From Scyliorhinus canicula (taxonomy: Eukaryota): 64,000 nt of DNA. Below the pieces are notes generated by a model, which had not been told where the DNA came from, did not search any database, and worked only from the letters and a program-made list of their open reading frames with translations. Of this stretch, positions 38,844 to 51,685 are shown in pieces. Made by a program: the position numbers and the translations under genes. The stretch's first letter is position 1. Each line of letters opens with the position of its first letter. The stretch lies in the NCBI RefSeq assembly GCF_902713615.1, contig NC_052167.1, forward strand, positions 3,286,001-3,350,000, read 5' to 3'.

Positions 38844-41800
38844 GGACTTCCGGTGGCGGCTATGAAGGAGTAATTCGCACATTTGGTGGCTCCTGCTCGG
38901 GTCGGACTTTTGGACCTTTTCCCCCGATTTTCTACCAGACTTTAACTGTAAAACTGAAGACAGAGGCAATTGTGTACTGAATTCCCACATCGGTGCATGG
39001 AGAGAAGGACTGGAAGTGCTCGTAAAGGCAGAAACAGAAAGACAGAGAAGGCTTGGGCTGAAGCTGCAGCAGGAGACAGCATGGCAAAGGACCGAATCTC
39101 TGGTTTGTCGACCCAGCGGTCAATGGAGCAGCTGATGCAAGTCATTCAGGAAGGCTTGAGCGGCTGGAGCTTAGATTGGACGCCCACGATCGGGCGATCC
39201 AGACGGTGGAGAAGACGCTGGCTGAGCAGGAGGAACATCAAACAACGGTGAAGTTGGAGGTGGGGATGCTGAGAGACCAGCAGAAGAAGCTCCTGGAGAA
39301 GGTGGAGGACCTAGAGAATAGGTCCCACCGGCAGAACTTGAAAATTGTTTTGCTCCCGGGGGGGTCTGAAGGAGCAGGCGCTGGGACATATATCGCAGAT
39401 AGGTTTGAGTAGCTGCTAGGGGATGGGACATTCTCCCGACCCTTGGAGGTGGACAGGGCTCACCAAGCACTCGCGAGGAAGCCGCGAATGGGAGACCCCT
39501 CGAGGGCAATGGTGGTGAGACGCCATAGGTACTTGGATAAGGAGCGCTTTCTACAGTGGGCCAAGCAGACACGGAGCTGTAAGTGGGACAATAGTATCCT
39601 GCGGGTTTACCAAGACCTGAGTGTGGAGGTGGCCAGGAGAAGAGCGGGCTTCAACCAGATTAGGTCAGTCCTTTTTAATAAAAAGGTGAAGTTCGGACTG
39701 TTGGATCCGACCCGTCTCTGGGTCATGTACGAAGAACAGCACTTTTATTTCGAGTCGGCTGAGGACACGCTGGACTTTGTGAAAAGGAAAGGACTGGTGG
39801 TGGACTGAGAACTTTTGAACTTTGCTGCAGCGTTCATAGTTTTTTTTTCTCTTTTGGTTTCTCTTTTTGGTTAGCTCACTCGGCTAAATCGCTGGCTTTT
39901 CAAGCAGGCCAGCAGCACGGTTCGATTCCCGTACCAGCCTCCCCGGGCAGGCACCGGAATGTGGCGACTAGGGGCTTTTCACAGTAACTTCATTGAAGCC
40001 TACTCGTGACAATAAGCAATTTTCATTTCATTTCATTTCTGTTCTTTTTTTAAAAAGTTTTTCGTTTTGTGGAAGCTGTTTGTAATGCCTTCTGTATTGA
40101 TTTGGGACCAGTGGCAGAGCTGAGTGAGTTAAGGTTTTCATTTGCACTGTTGGGGCTGGCGGTGCGCTTGTTTAGATTTTGGTGTTTTTCTGTTGGGAAC
40201 TGTGTGGGGATAACGGGGGAAATTTCAGCTGCGGTGGTCTGGGATGCACTGAAGGCGGTGGTTAGAGGGGAGCTGATCTCGATACGGGCACACAGGGAGA
40301 AGGTAGATAGGGCAAAGACGGACCGACTGATTAAGGAGATACTACAGATCGATAGGAGGTATGCTGAGACCCCAGAGGCAGGGCTTTTAAGAGAACGGCG
40401 GAGGCTACAGGCGGAGTTTGGCTGTTAACCACAGGGAGGGCGGTGGAGCAGCAGAGAAAGGCGAGTGGGGGGAACCTATGAGTGTGGAGAGAAGGCCAGC
40501 AGAATGCTTGCACAGCAGCTTAGAAAGAGGGAGGCAGCCAGAGAGATAGGGAAAGTAAATGACGGAGATGGGAACCTGGTTGGAGAATCAGTGGGGTGAA
40601 TAAGGCGTTTAGGTATTTCTACAGTAGGCTGTATAGGTCAAAACCCCCAACGGGGCCGGAGGGAATGAGGCACTTCTTGGGGGGGGCTGAATTTCCCAAA
40701 GTGGACGGGGAGCTGGTAGAAGGGCTGGGGGCCCCGATCGGGTTGGAAGAGATAGTGGAGGGTCTGAAGGCCATACAGGCGGGTAAAGCCCCGGGGCTGG
40801 ACGGGTACCCAGTGGAGTTTTATAAAAGGTTCTCTGGGATATTGGGGCCGGTGTTGATGAGGATGTTCAATGAGGATAGGGAGAGAGGGGTGCTGCCCCC
40901 AGCAATGTCACAGGTCACGATTTCACTGATTCTGAAGCGGGACAAGAACCCGGAACTGTGTGGGTACTACAGGCCGATATCCCTGATCAATGTGGATGCC
41001 AAATTGCTGGCCAAAATTTTGTCCTCAAGGATTGAGGATTGTGTTCCGGACGTTATTGGTGAGGACCAGACGGGGTGTTAAGGGTAGGCAGTTGGTGGCC
41101 AATGTAAGAAGGCTGTTAAATATGATCATGATGCCCCCGGAAGGTAGGGAGGTGGAGGTAGTGATCGCAATGGATGCAGAAAAGACTTTTGATCGGGTGG
41201 AATGGGATTATCTGTGGGAGGTACTGGGACGGTTCGGATTTGGGCGGGGCTTTATTGACTGGGTCAGGTTACTGTATCAGGCTCCTGTGGCAAGTGTACG
41301 GACGAAAAGGGCAACATCGGACTATTTTAGACTGCACCGGGGGACCAGACAGGGATGCCCTCTCCCCACTGTTGTTTGCGCTAGTTATAGAGCCGTTGGC
41401 AATTGCTCTGAGAGCCTCAAGGGGCTGGAGGGGGCTAGTCTGGGGTGGGGGGGGAGCACAGAGTCTCGCTCTATGCAGACGACCTGCTTCTGTATGTATC
41501 GGACCCATTAGAGGGGATGGAAGAAATCATGAGGATTCGAGGGGAATTTGGCTGGTTTTCGGGGTATAAGCTAAATATGGGGAAAAGTGAAATGTTTGCG
41601 ATCCAGGCAAGGGGATAGGAGAGGCGATTGGGGGAGCTGCCGTTTAGATTAGTAGGGGAATGCTTTAGGAACCTAGGCATTCAGGTGGTGCGGGAATGGG
41701 ACCGGCTGCATAAATTTAATCTGGCCCGGCTAGTAGACGAAATGAAGGACGATTTTCGGAGGTGGGACGCGCTCCCGTTGACATTAGCTGGGAGGGTGCA

Positions 41801-43310
41801 GACGGTGAAGATGATGGTCCTCCAAAGATTCCTGTTTGTGTTTCAATGTCTCTCCATCTTTATTCCGCGGTTCTTTTTAAAACGGGTCAACAAAGTGATC
41901 TCTGGTTTTGATTGGGCGGGCAAGACCCTGCGGGTAAGGACAGTAATGCTTGAGCGGAGTCGGGGAGAGGGCGTGCTGGCGCTGCAAAATTTTAGTAACT
42001 GTTACTGGGCTGCGAATATAGCCATGATCAGGAAGTGGGTGGTGGGGGAGGGGTCGGCATGGGAGCGTATGGAGGCGGCTTCGTGCAAGGGGGCGTTGGT
42101 AGTCTGGGGGCGTTGGTAACTGCGTCTCTGCCGTTCCCACCAGCACAGTACTTCACCAGTCCTGTGGTGATGGCGACCCTGAGAGTTTGGGGGCAATGGA
42201 GGAGACATGTGGGAGCAGAGGGAGCATCGGTCTGGTCCCCAATCTGTAATAATCACCGGTTTGCCCCGGGAAGTATGGCAGTGGGGTTCCGGATATGGCG
42301 GAGAGCAGGGATTGAGAGGATGGGGGATATGTTTATAGAGGGGAGCTTTCCGAGTATGAGGGCGCTGGAGGAGAAGTTTGGGTTGGCGAGGGGAAACAAA
42401 TTCAGGTATCTGCAGGTGCGGGACTTCCTACGTAAACAGGTGTCAACCTTCCCGCTCCTACCGCTAAGGGGGATTCGGGACAGGGTAATTTCCAGAGGGT
42501 GGGGAGGAGAAGGGAGCGTCTCTGACATTTACACGGAACTTATGGGGTCAGAGGAGACGCAGATCGAGGAGCTGAAGCGCAAGTGGGAGGAGAGATAGAG
42601 GATGGTCCATGGGTGGATACGTTGAGTAGAGTCAACGCGTCCGCAACATTTGCCAGGCTCAGCCTAATACAATTTAAGGTCGTTCATCGGGCTCACATGA
42701 CAGTGGCCCGGATAAGCAGATTCTTTGGGGTGGAAGACAGGTGTGCAAAATGTGCGGGAGGACCAGCGAACCATGTCCACATGTTCTGGACATGTCCGAA
42801 GCTTAGGGGATTCTGGCAGGGGTTTGCAGATGTCATGTCCACGGTGTTAAAAACAAGGGTGGCGCTGAGTCCAGAGGTGGCGATTTTCAGGATGTCGGTA
42901 GACCCGGGAATCCGGGAGGAGAAATAGGCAGACGTTCTGGCCTTTGCTTCCCTGGTAACCCGGAGACGGATACTATTAGCTTGGAGGGACTCAAAGCCCC
43001 CGAAGTCGGAGACCTGGCTATCGGACATGGCTAGCTTTCTCTGTTTGGAGAAAATCAAGTTCGCCTTGAGAGGGTCAATGTTAGGGTTCACCCGGAGGTG
43101 GCAGCCGTTCGTTGACTTCATCGTGGAAAATTAATCGTCAGCAGAAGGTGGGGGGGGGGGGGGTTTAGTTTAGCTTAGAGTAGGGGGTTAATAAAGGTGG
43201 GACCTGTAAGGGAGGGAGACGGCATTTGCACTATGTTTATAGATTCATGTACATTGTTTATTTTGTTGTTGCTATAATACCAAAAATACTTCAATAAAAT
43301 GTTTATTTAA
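38844..43310 (+). mobile_element. L1-clade LINE with intact 5' end, frameshifted ORF1 (38997-39808) and an ORF2 lacking the endonuclease (~40210-43133)
   Basis: GGACTTCCGG 5' end; ORF1 motifs DLENRSHRQNLKI and YQDLSVEVARRR; ORF2 motifs KAPGLDG, YRPISLINVDAK, GTRQGCPLSP, YADD (41472) and CxxC..H..C; AATAAA at 43293. Confidence 0.9.
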
Positions 43311-43311
43311 A

Positions 43312-43698
43312 AGGTGGTAACCGTTTGTCGACTTCTTCGCAGAAAATTAATCGTCATGGTGGGGGGGGGGGTTAGTTTAGCTTAGAGTAGGGGGTTAATA
43401 AAGGTGGGATCTGGGTCACTGTCCGTGTGGAGTTTGCACATTCTCCCCGTGTCTGCGTGGGTTTCACCCCCACAACCCAAAGATGTGCAGGGTAGGCGGA
43501 TTGGCCACGCTAAATTGCCCCTTAATTGGAAAAAATAATTGGGTATTCTAAATTTTTAAAAAATAAATAAATAAAGGTGGGACCTGTAAGGGAGGAAGAC
43601 GGGTTTTGCACTATGTTTATAGTTTCATGTACATTGTTTATTGTGTTGTTGTCATAATGCCAAAAAATACCGCAATAAAATGTGTATTTAAAAAAAAA
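43312..43698 (+). mobile_element. Second, diverged L1 3' end directly after the first, carrying a nested A-tailed V-SINE (43410-43569)
   Basis: Repeats 43097-43310 with many substitutions; SINE flanked by 13-bp TSD aataaaggtggga; AATAAA at 43674 and an A tail. Confidence 0.85.
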
Positions 43699-44765
43699 CA
43701 TTTGTGCCACACATGTTCCAGGAAATGAGCATCTCCCAACAAGAGAAAGCCTGACCTCCTCCCCTTGATGTTCACTGGCATTGCTATTGTTGAATCTCCC
43801 ACCCTGGGCATTCTAGAGGTCATCATTGACCAGACATTTTTTGAACCAGCCGTCTAAATGCAAAAGTAGATCGGCGGCTGTGCGTTCTGCAAGTGAGGCT
43901 CCGCCGCTGTAACGGCTCTGTGGGTGTATCTGCACCACACAGACAGCAGTGGTTCAAGAAGGCGACTCCCCACCACCTCCTCAGGGCCAACCCTAGGCAA
44001 TAAATATCAACCCTGCCAATGACACCCACATCCTGTGAATGAGTTTTAAAAGGTGACTCCCGAGTGTTATTTTGGATTCAGAGAGTCGATCTGTATTGTG
44101 AGGTATGGGTATTAATACCACTGTGGAAGTAACCCGTGTTGTCCAAGATTATTTCTCCTCTGTAGTGTTGATGCATTCCCAAAGACTTACGCACATAGTC
44201 TAGGCTCCTCTGAAGTATCTTTAACCTTCAGGTCAAACGGTAAATTGAGGCCTTGCTTCGAGTGTTTTTAGGAGGTTTCTTTTATTAATAAATTTAGAGT
44301 ACCCAATTCATTTTTTTTTCCAATTAAGGGGCAATTTAGCATGGCCAATCCACCTACCCCGCACATCTTTGGGTTGTGGGGGCGAAGCCCACGCAAACAC
44401 GGGGAGAATGTGCAAACTCCACACACAGTTTTTTAGCAGGTTTTGACGATCTTGTGTCACTATTCAATTTCTTTCAACGCTGGTTATCAATCCTCACCCA
44501 CCCAATACCAAAAACGAAACCCTGGTCATTTAATGCATTTAAGTGAGATTTTCAATGCAAGGTTTTTAACGTGGCGAGTGCTGTTGAGATTGAATTGGGC
44601 AATCAATTGGAAAATGGACAGGCCACACTAATGCATCCACTGCAATTGAGACTCGGGGTTGGGATACTCAACGCAATGCAGAGACATCTCTATGCTATAA
44701 CTGAGCAGAGAATGCTTCATGGTTCTAGTAGGAGATACTGAATTTCAGCCTTTCCTTGTTTCCAG

Positions 44766-44944
44766 TCATCACAGGGCAGCAGCGAGCAGGCGTCGCGTCA
44801 GCACAGACCAGGGTCGAGGTGATGTTGGAGAGTTTCCGCAGGAAGCAGCCCTTCACCCATTTCCTGTCCTTCGCCGTCAATCACCCCACGATTCAGGAAC
44901 AGTTTGCGAAGTTTAAAGAGCGGGTGTTGGACGAGTGCTCCCAG
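44766..44944 (+). CDS. ASCC1: ASCC1 coding exon (end of KH domain, start of 2H-phosphoesterase-like domain)
   Basis: ttccag| acceptor and |gtacgt donor; (V)ITGQQRAGVASAQTRVEVMLESFRRKQPFTHFLSF...DECSQ; 179 nt. Confidence 0.94.
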
Positions 44945-45609
44945 GTACGTTACCGAGGCTGGGGACAAAGTATTGCGGTACCTCCAATCCCAGGTGAGTT
45001 GGGTTGAGGAAAGGACATGGGCTTGATGAACCAGGCTGATCTCTTCAAGAAATAGATATTCCTGGTAGGCTCCACAGCCATCCATTTGAATACCAGGTGG
45101 CTGAAGGTACTTTAAAAAGAACCAGCATCGACACTGATCGCAGGATTTCCTGCACTGATTCATAGCCGACAAAGTACTTTGAAGCAAAAGCAAAATGCTG
45201 GAAATTTGAAATAAAAACAGAAAATGTTGGAGTCACTCGGCAGGTCAGGCAGCATCTGTGGAAACAAAAACATAATTAACGTTTGGGTCTACAAGCTTTC
45301 AACGTTACATTCCAGTATTTGCGGTATTTAGTTTGCACATTCTCCCCGTGTCTGCGTGGGTTTCGCCCCCACAACCCAAAAATATGCAGAGTAGGTGGAT
45401 TGGCCACGCTAAATTGCCCCTTAATTGGAAAAAATAATTGGGTAATCTAAATTAAAAAAATAAGTATTTGCGGTATTTTGCGTTTGTCACTACTGCGGTA
45501 AAGGAAATGTGGCCACAAATGTGCGCAGCAAGCCCCCAAAAACAGCACACTCATGATTAGAAGGAAAGCCAGCCATTGACCAGGGGCATGAAACAAGAAG
45601 GTAACAATT

Positions 45610-46085
45610 TCCCTGGAGGGGGTGCAGAGGAGATTCACCAGGATGTTTCCTGGGATGGAACATTTCAATTATGAAGAGAGGTTGGATCGGCTTGGGTTGG
45701 AGCAGAGAAGACTGAGGGGGGCGACCTGATTGAGGTGTGTAAGATTCTGAGGGGCATGGGCAGGTTGGATAGGGAGCAGCTGGTCCCCTTAGTTGAAGGG
45801 TCAGTCACTAGGGGGCACAAGTTCAAGGTGAGGGGCGGGAGGTTTAGGGGGGTTTTGAGGAAAAGCTTGTTTTTACTCACAGGGTGGCGACGGTCTGGAA
45901 CGCACTGTCTTGGAGGGTGGTAGAGGTGGGCTGCCGCACATCCTTTAAAAAGTACCTGGATAAGCACTTGCCACGTCATAACATTCAAGGCTATGGGCCA
46001 AGTGCTGGCAAATGGGATTAGGTATGCAGGTCAGGTGTTTTTTTGCATGTCGGTGCAGGCTCGATGGGCCAAAGGGCCTCTTCTG
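45610..46085 (+). mobile_element. CR1 3' fragment
   Basis: gagggggtgcagaggagattcaccaggatg..ILRGMGRLDREQLVPLVEGSVTRGHKFKVRGGRFRG plus tail gatgggccaaagggcctcttctg. Confidence 0.75.
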
Positions 46086-49000
46086 CAGAGATTCTCTGAC
46101 CCCAATAGTCTGGAAATCTGCATTAGCTGATATAGGCACGAGGGTTTTTCAGAGGTGGGCTTGGAGATAATTAAACGTGGCAGCCATTTTCCAAACTACT
46201 CGTGAGCCACACCAGGGGCAATCTGTCAGTATGGCCAATTAACAACAGGCTATGACACAATTATACTGAAGCATATCGAGAGAGACATGAACATTTTGTA
46301 CGCCGGCATCAAATATGCAAATTATTACAAACGATCAAAGTTTTCATTGATCAAAAGAGCAATGTAGCTAATTAGGTCAAGGCACTGATCCAGTTCGATC
46401 CTTTGATTCTGCCGAAATAATGTAATCTTTATGAAGCATGCACTGCAAACTCCTCCACGGTTTGCAAAATTGATTTGGACATGCCCCGAGGCCGTTCCAT
46501 TGATGCCATGCCAGCCAAATTCACAAGAGGCCCGCATCTTATGTTGTGCCGACAGAAATGATCAGGGCTACCGCGCTCGAGGTCCCATTGCAGGCTGGTG
46601 CTCCTTGTGTCAGCATCCTAATTGCAAGTCCAAACTTGTATCACAAATGCTGAATGAAGAAAACCAGGGCACTTTGGAGGAACAAGCAACATCCACGGCA
46701 AACTGGGCCCTTGGCAGGTCCTTAAGAAGGTCTCTGAGGGGGTCCGGAGTGTTTGACTTGCACCTACCTCATTGCAAATTTTATTTTACTGACGTTATTT
46801 TTCTTGAACTAATGCGTTTCTGCAGCACGAACATGGTTTTAATATCCGGCTAGCTGAAACCATATTTCAGAAATGAAGACAGTAGTGCATCAATATTTCA
46901 AAGAGGCCATTACGCAGCAATGTTCGGGAAACATTGATCTAAAGAGGTGATTGGGATCAGTGGCAAAATAATTGCAACGCATTCACTGAATGAGGAAAGA
47001 GAGCAAACTTCAAAAATACCGCTGTTTTTTGGGAAGGAATTCTGTGTTTTAATTTGACCTCTTGGGGATAGACAAATGGGCTCTCGCTTGCTTTTTCTTC
47101 CTCTCTCTTTGTTTCTGTTTCCTGGTCTTCCATCACCTCTGCAAATCTCTCTCCCCCCCCCCCATCCCCCTCCCCACCCGCAAACCTCTCTTTTCCATCT
47201 CCTTTTGTCTTGTAATAATTTTTATTATCGTCACAAAAGTTCAGTTTTGTCTGGGCCAGACCCACTCTTACCCATTGAAGTAGGTTTTCCTCCACGCGGC
47301 TCACATTAGCACTGCAATGAAGTTACTGTGAAAAACCCCTCGTCGCCACATTCCGGCGCCTGTTCGGGTACACTGAGGGAGAATTCAGAATATCCAATTC
47401 ACCTAACATGAAAGTCTTTCAGGACTTTTGGGAGGACACGGGAGAACCCGGAGGAAACACACGGGGAGAAGGTGCAGACTCCGCACAGTGACCCAAGCCA
47501 GGAATATGTTCTCACAGTTTAAATCCATCCAAAGCAGGAAAAGATGTGGCATTTCCTTATTGGTTCAAACATTGTGGCTCTCGATAGCTAGGCCTGGACT
47601 ATTGTAAATAACCGTCTGCTCTGGGATCTGGTGATTGGCTAAATGGCAGAATCTCCTGGAGGCTTGCTTCACTGTTCTATTCTATTGCTGTTGCTGCCGC
47701 AATAAGCTTTACAGCCCACACTCCATGTACACTATGGATGGACAACTGATTTTAAAAAAAGGTTTCTCATACTTCCTGTATCATTGACTGGACATTAATT
47801 TTTTTTAGTCAGTTAATTGATTACTTCACTACCTCACAAAGCCCATTAACACTCTGGGTCACTGTCCGTGTGGAGTTTGCACATTCTCCCCTTGCCTGCA
47901 TGGGTCTCACCCCTCACAACCCAAAGATGTGTAGGGTAGGTGGATTGGCCACGTAAAATTGCCCCTTTAATTGGGAAAAAAAAAACAAAGGCCATTAACC
48001 ATCAGTATTAATACTGGGCACTGATGAAGAACTCGGTGTTAACGTTACGTTAATTGTATTATTACGGGTAGGGATAAGCAAATGGAGGGTATTGACTGAT
48101 TAAGTATCTTGAGCACATATAAAGAAGGACTGCTTGCCATGGCATTCTGGCCCTTATTGTGGGGGGGGGGGGGGGGTCTCGCTGCATGATCGTCCCCCTT
48201 TTCCACTGGGAATACGGTGTGGAGGGTGTTGCATGCATCAGGCCCGTGCAACAAAAGACTAAGTTGTTTTGTGGATTCCCAGGTCACTCGTCTTTCCCGC
48301 CACCTTGAGGAGTCCATGTTTCACCTTTACATAGTTTTTGTGAGGTTGCGACCCCCTTTTTAATTCATTGAGGGGCCGCTGCTCAGGTTCTGGCTGCTGC
48401 ACTTCAGCTCCTGATCTTTGGCCACCTGGTGCGGTGGATGGCAGGCAGCATGGAGGACCTCCAGGTAAGCCTGTTCCCGGACCTGACCGCTAACAGGTCC
48501 AGGCAGCAGGCGGTTGAGGGGGCATTCGGCCTGACTACCCTCTCACGCGGCTACATTTGCATCCAGGTGTCCTGGAGAGGGAGCACTCGGTGTCCATTGG
48601 CACGCCTGAACCCCACCATGACCAATGGATGCTGCTGGGGCTGAAGTGCATCACCAACCTCAGGAATGACATCTCAAATCAATTTGATCGGTTTTGCTTT
48701 GCAGTTTTGTTTTAGTTGCTGTGCCCTTTGAGGGGGCTGCTTACTTGATCATTTGTCCATTTGTTTTAATTGATATTTTTCAGTTGAGTATAATGAAGGA
48801 CTGCGAAGCACTGAGTGTGTTAGTAAATAGGAGGCAGGCACAAATAACGCTGCAGTCCAAAAATAAAAGCACTATCAAGGAAAGGATTAGCGCCTACTTT
48901 CAAACATCTGACTTGGGATGTAATCATCACTCTGAATTGAATTAATTTGGACAGCATGGTGGCACAGTGGTTAGCACTGCTTCCTCACGCGCCGAGGTCC

Positions 49001-49600
49001 CAGGTTTGATCCCTGCTCTGGGTCACTGTCCGTGTGGAGTTTGCACATTCTCCCCGTGTTTGCGTGGGTTTCGCCCCCCACGACCCAAAGATGTGCAAGC
49101 TAGGTGGATTGGTCATGCTAAATTGCCCCTTGATTGGAAAAAAAATGAATTGAGTACTCTAAATTTATTAAAAAATAAATTTTTAAAAAAAGAATTGAAT
49201 GAAGTCAACCCATGAGTTTCACGATGCAGTTAGTAATTTGTACACAGGAGCTTTCTTCAAGAGAAAGACTTGCATTTATGTAGCGCCTCCCACACCTGGA
49301 CATCCCAAGCCTTTTACAGCAAATAATGTACTTTTGAAGAATGGTCACTGATGTCATGTGGGGAAGGGGGTGAGATTGCAGCAACGTTCCAGATAACAAT
49401 AACAGCTCAACCTGACTCTGCCATTGGCAGCACCTTCTGAAACATTGATCCACTTTCTGCTTTGTAATCGTTCCTAGATGCCGGCTATTGCCTATGCGGC
49501 AGACCTCAGTCCCTCCTTCCTAGTTTGTATCCTTGCCCAGAGGGATGGAACAACGCGACAATTCAGCTTCTTGTTTTTTTTGTCCCTTTTTCTCTTCCAG

Positions 49601-49737
49601 GACCGAGGGATTGACGGCAGTATTTTCCAGAACCCAGCGAAGCTCCACCTGACAATCGGAACGCTTGTTCTGCTTAATGAGCAAGAGGTCACCAAAGCCT
49701 GTGAACTGCTGCAGAAATGCAAAGAGAGCTTCATCAA
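49601..49737 (+). CDS. ASCC1: ASCC1 coding exon (first HxT motif); later exons not found in the window
   Basis: Long pyrimidine tract + ccag| acceptor and |gtgagt donor; DRGIDGSIFQNPAKLHLTIGTLVLLNEQEVTKACELLQKCKESFI; 137 nt. Confidence 0.94.
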
Positions 49738-50633
49738 GTGAGTAAAGCCCCAGTCGTGTCCAGCAACTGGCTGCTGCTCTTCCATTCAAATGGTGTTCCT
49801 CAGCTTGCTGCCGTGTTACAACAGAGATCTACCACTGGGGGGGGGGTTATTCCTAAAGCCAGTATACAGTGGGAGGGATGTTTTGAAAGCAAAGATGTAC
49901 TCGGCTCCTGCGAAAGATTAAATTTAGCACGTACGTGTTTGGAGGGGCAAAAATCATTTGGTCAGTCAGCTTGCACAGATCTCTAAGGAAGCCTTCTGAC
50001 AGTTGTCTTCTCTTCTGCCCCTTCTCCACTCTAACCGTCAAGGCAAGAAAGGTTTACGTAAGTCACCCAAAGCGCAGGTGCACATTTCTGAAATTTATTT
50101 AATCTGCATCTCATCCCTTCAGCAAAGTAACGCGAGGTTCCTTGTCATTGTCAGCCCGAGCTTTAACATTGTTCACCTACTCAGGGTCCCTCCTGCAGCT
50201 CTTCACAGGAGAACTGCATATTGTTATTATTATTTTTTCACAAATGATTCTGTGGAGTCACAAATATTTAGAAGCAGGGCCCTCAGCGTCTGTCTGTCAC
50301 AAGTGGCCTGATCTAGTCACCACTAGATGTCATTAAATGTTTGATTAAGCTCTGCACTACACCACCCTGTGACTTCAGCAATTCCTTGTCATACTTCCAG
50401 GAGGCACAGAGTGAAAGGACAAACTGGTTTATTTTAAACTGAAAATAAAGCCACTCCCACGGCAGTGCACAAAACAAATGTCCCAGCCCAGGATTATCGG
50501 GAACGGCCGCTCTGCGCCTGGGAGCGACTTTTAAAGGTCCCGCTAATGTGCCCTAACAACCGTGGGAACCCAGATTCTACAAAGCACATGGGGAGATCAA
50601 TCAGCGATTTCTCCGGGTCCCCGTGAGGGTTAT

Positions 50634-51685
50634 TGTAATGAACTCCAATTGGCTTTATTGGTTGGCCAATTGGAGTATGAGCTCCCTCAATGATAGCTCA
50701 TTGAGGGGGCCCATATAATCACCTGTGTAGGCCCGTCTTAAGTTGACTGGACTGCTAGCAGCACTGTTTGTAGCTGCTCCTGTAATATCGTTATTGTAAA
50801 TAAATATTGGTGTGGTGACAGAACTCCTGCCTCCCGTGGATTACTACAGTGGCAACGAGGATGGGATCTCCTTTTCCCAAATTTAACGGGGAAAGTGGAG
50901 AAACAACAGGAGGTCCAACGCAGGGGGCATGATAATAGTCGGCAGCAGAGACATTTCCAGGTGGGGGCACCGGTTTGGGTCAAGAATTATGGGAATGGAC
51001 CAACGTGGGTCAAAGGCACGGTAGAGTCCCAAACAGGGCCCATATCCTATGAGGTTTCAATAGGAGGTAATGTGCTGAAGAAACACCTAGACCAAATAAG
51101 GGCAGCGGAACCACACCTGGAGGCAGGCGAAGCAGGACCGCCTCAAGCTGGGATAGCCCAGACGGAAAGGATACCCACACCCCAGCCCCGAGCAATTTCT
51201 CCAGACCCCGTCATCCAGTCATCAGAGTCAGAGATGGACACACTCGACGAGGCTGCCGCGACACCTCTCCCCGAGGAGGAGGACGAACAACTTCCAAGGA
51301 GGTCGTCAAGGAAAAGACGAGCACCTATAAGGTACACCCCGCCCACTTCAGAGAACGACCCGGCGGACGACACAGAGGTGACAGACCCAGACATGAGGAG
51401 CAGGAAGAAGCTCAGAGGAATGCCAGCTGGCAGGAATTCCTCGGACCTTGGGGGGGAGGGGTGTAATGAACTCCAATTGGCTTTATTGGTTGGCCAATTG
51501 GAGTATGAGCTCCCTCAATGATAGCTCATTGAGGGGGCCCATATAATCACCTGTGTAGGCTTTGTGAGCCAGTCTTAAGTTGACTGGACTGCTAGCAGCA
51601 CTGTTTGTAGCTGCTCCTGTAATATCGTTATTGTAAATAAATATTGGTGTGGTGACGGAACTCCTGCCTCCCGTGGATTGCTACA
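50634..51685 (+). mobile_element. Miniature non-autonomous LTR element (TRIM-like, 1052 bp) nested in the older LTR
   Basis: LTRs 50634-50848 and 51462-51685 (TG..CA, near identical); perfect TSD GTTAT; PBS 50850-50867; PPT 51450-51461; interior holds only the pol C-terminus. Confidence 0.92.

Noticed and set aside
50895-51521. 208-aa ORF as a novel host gene
   Set aside because: It starts at GTG, lies between two LTRs, runs into the 3' LTR and corresponds to a Gypsy pol C-terminus.
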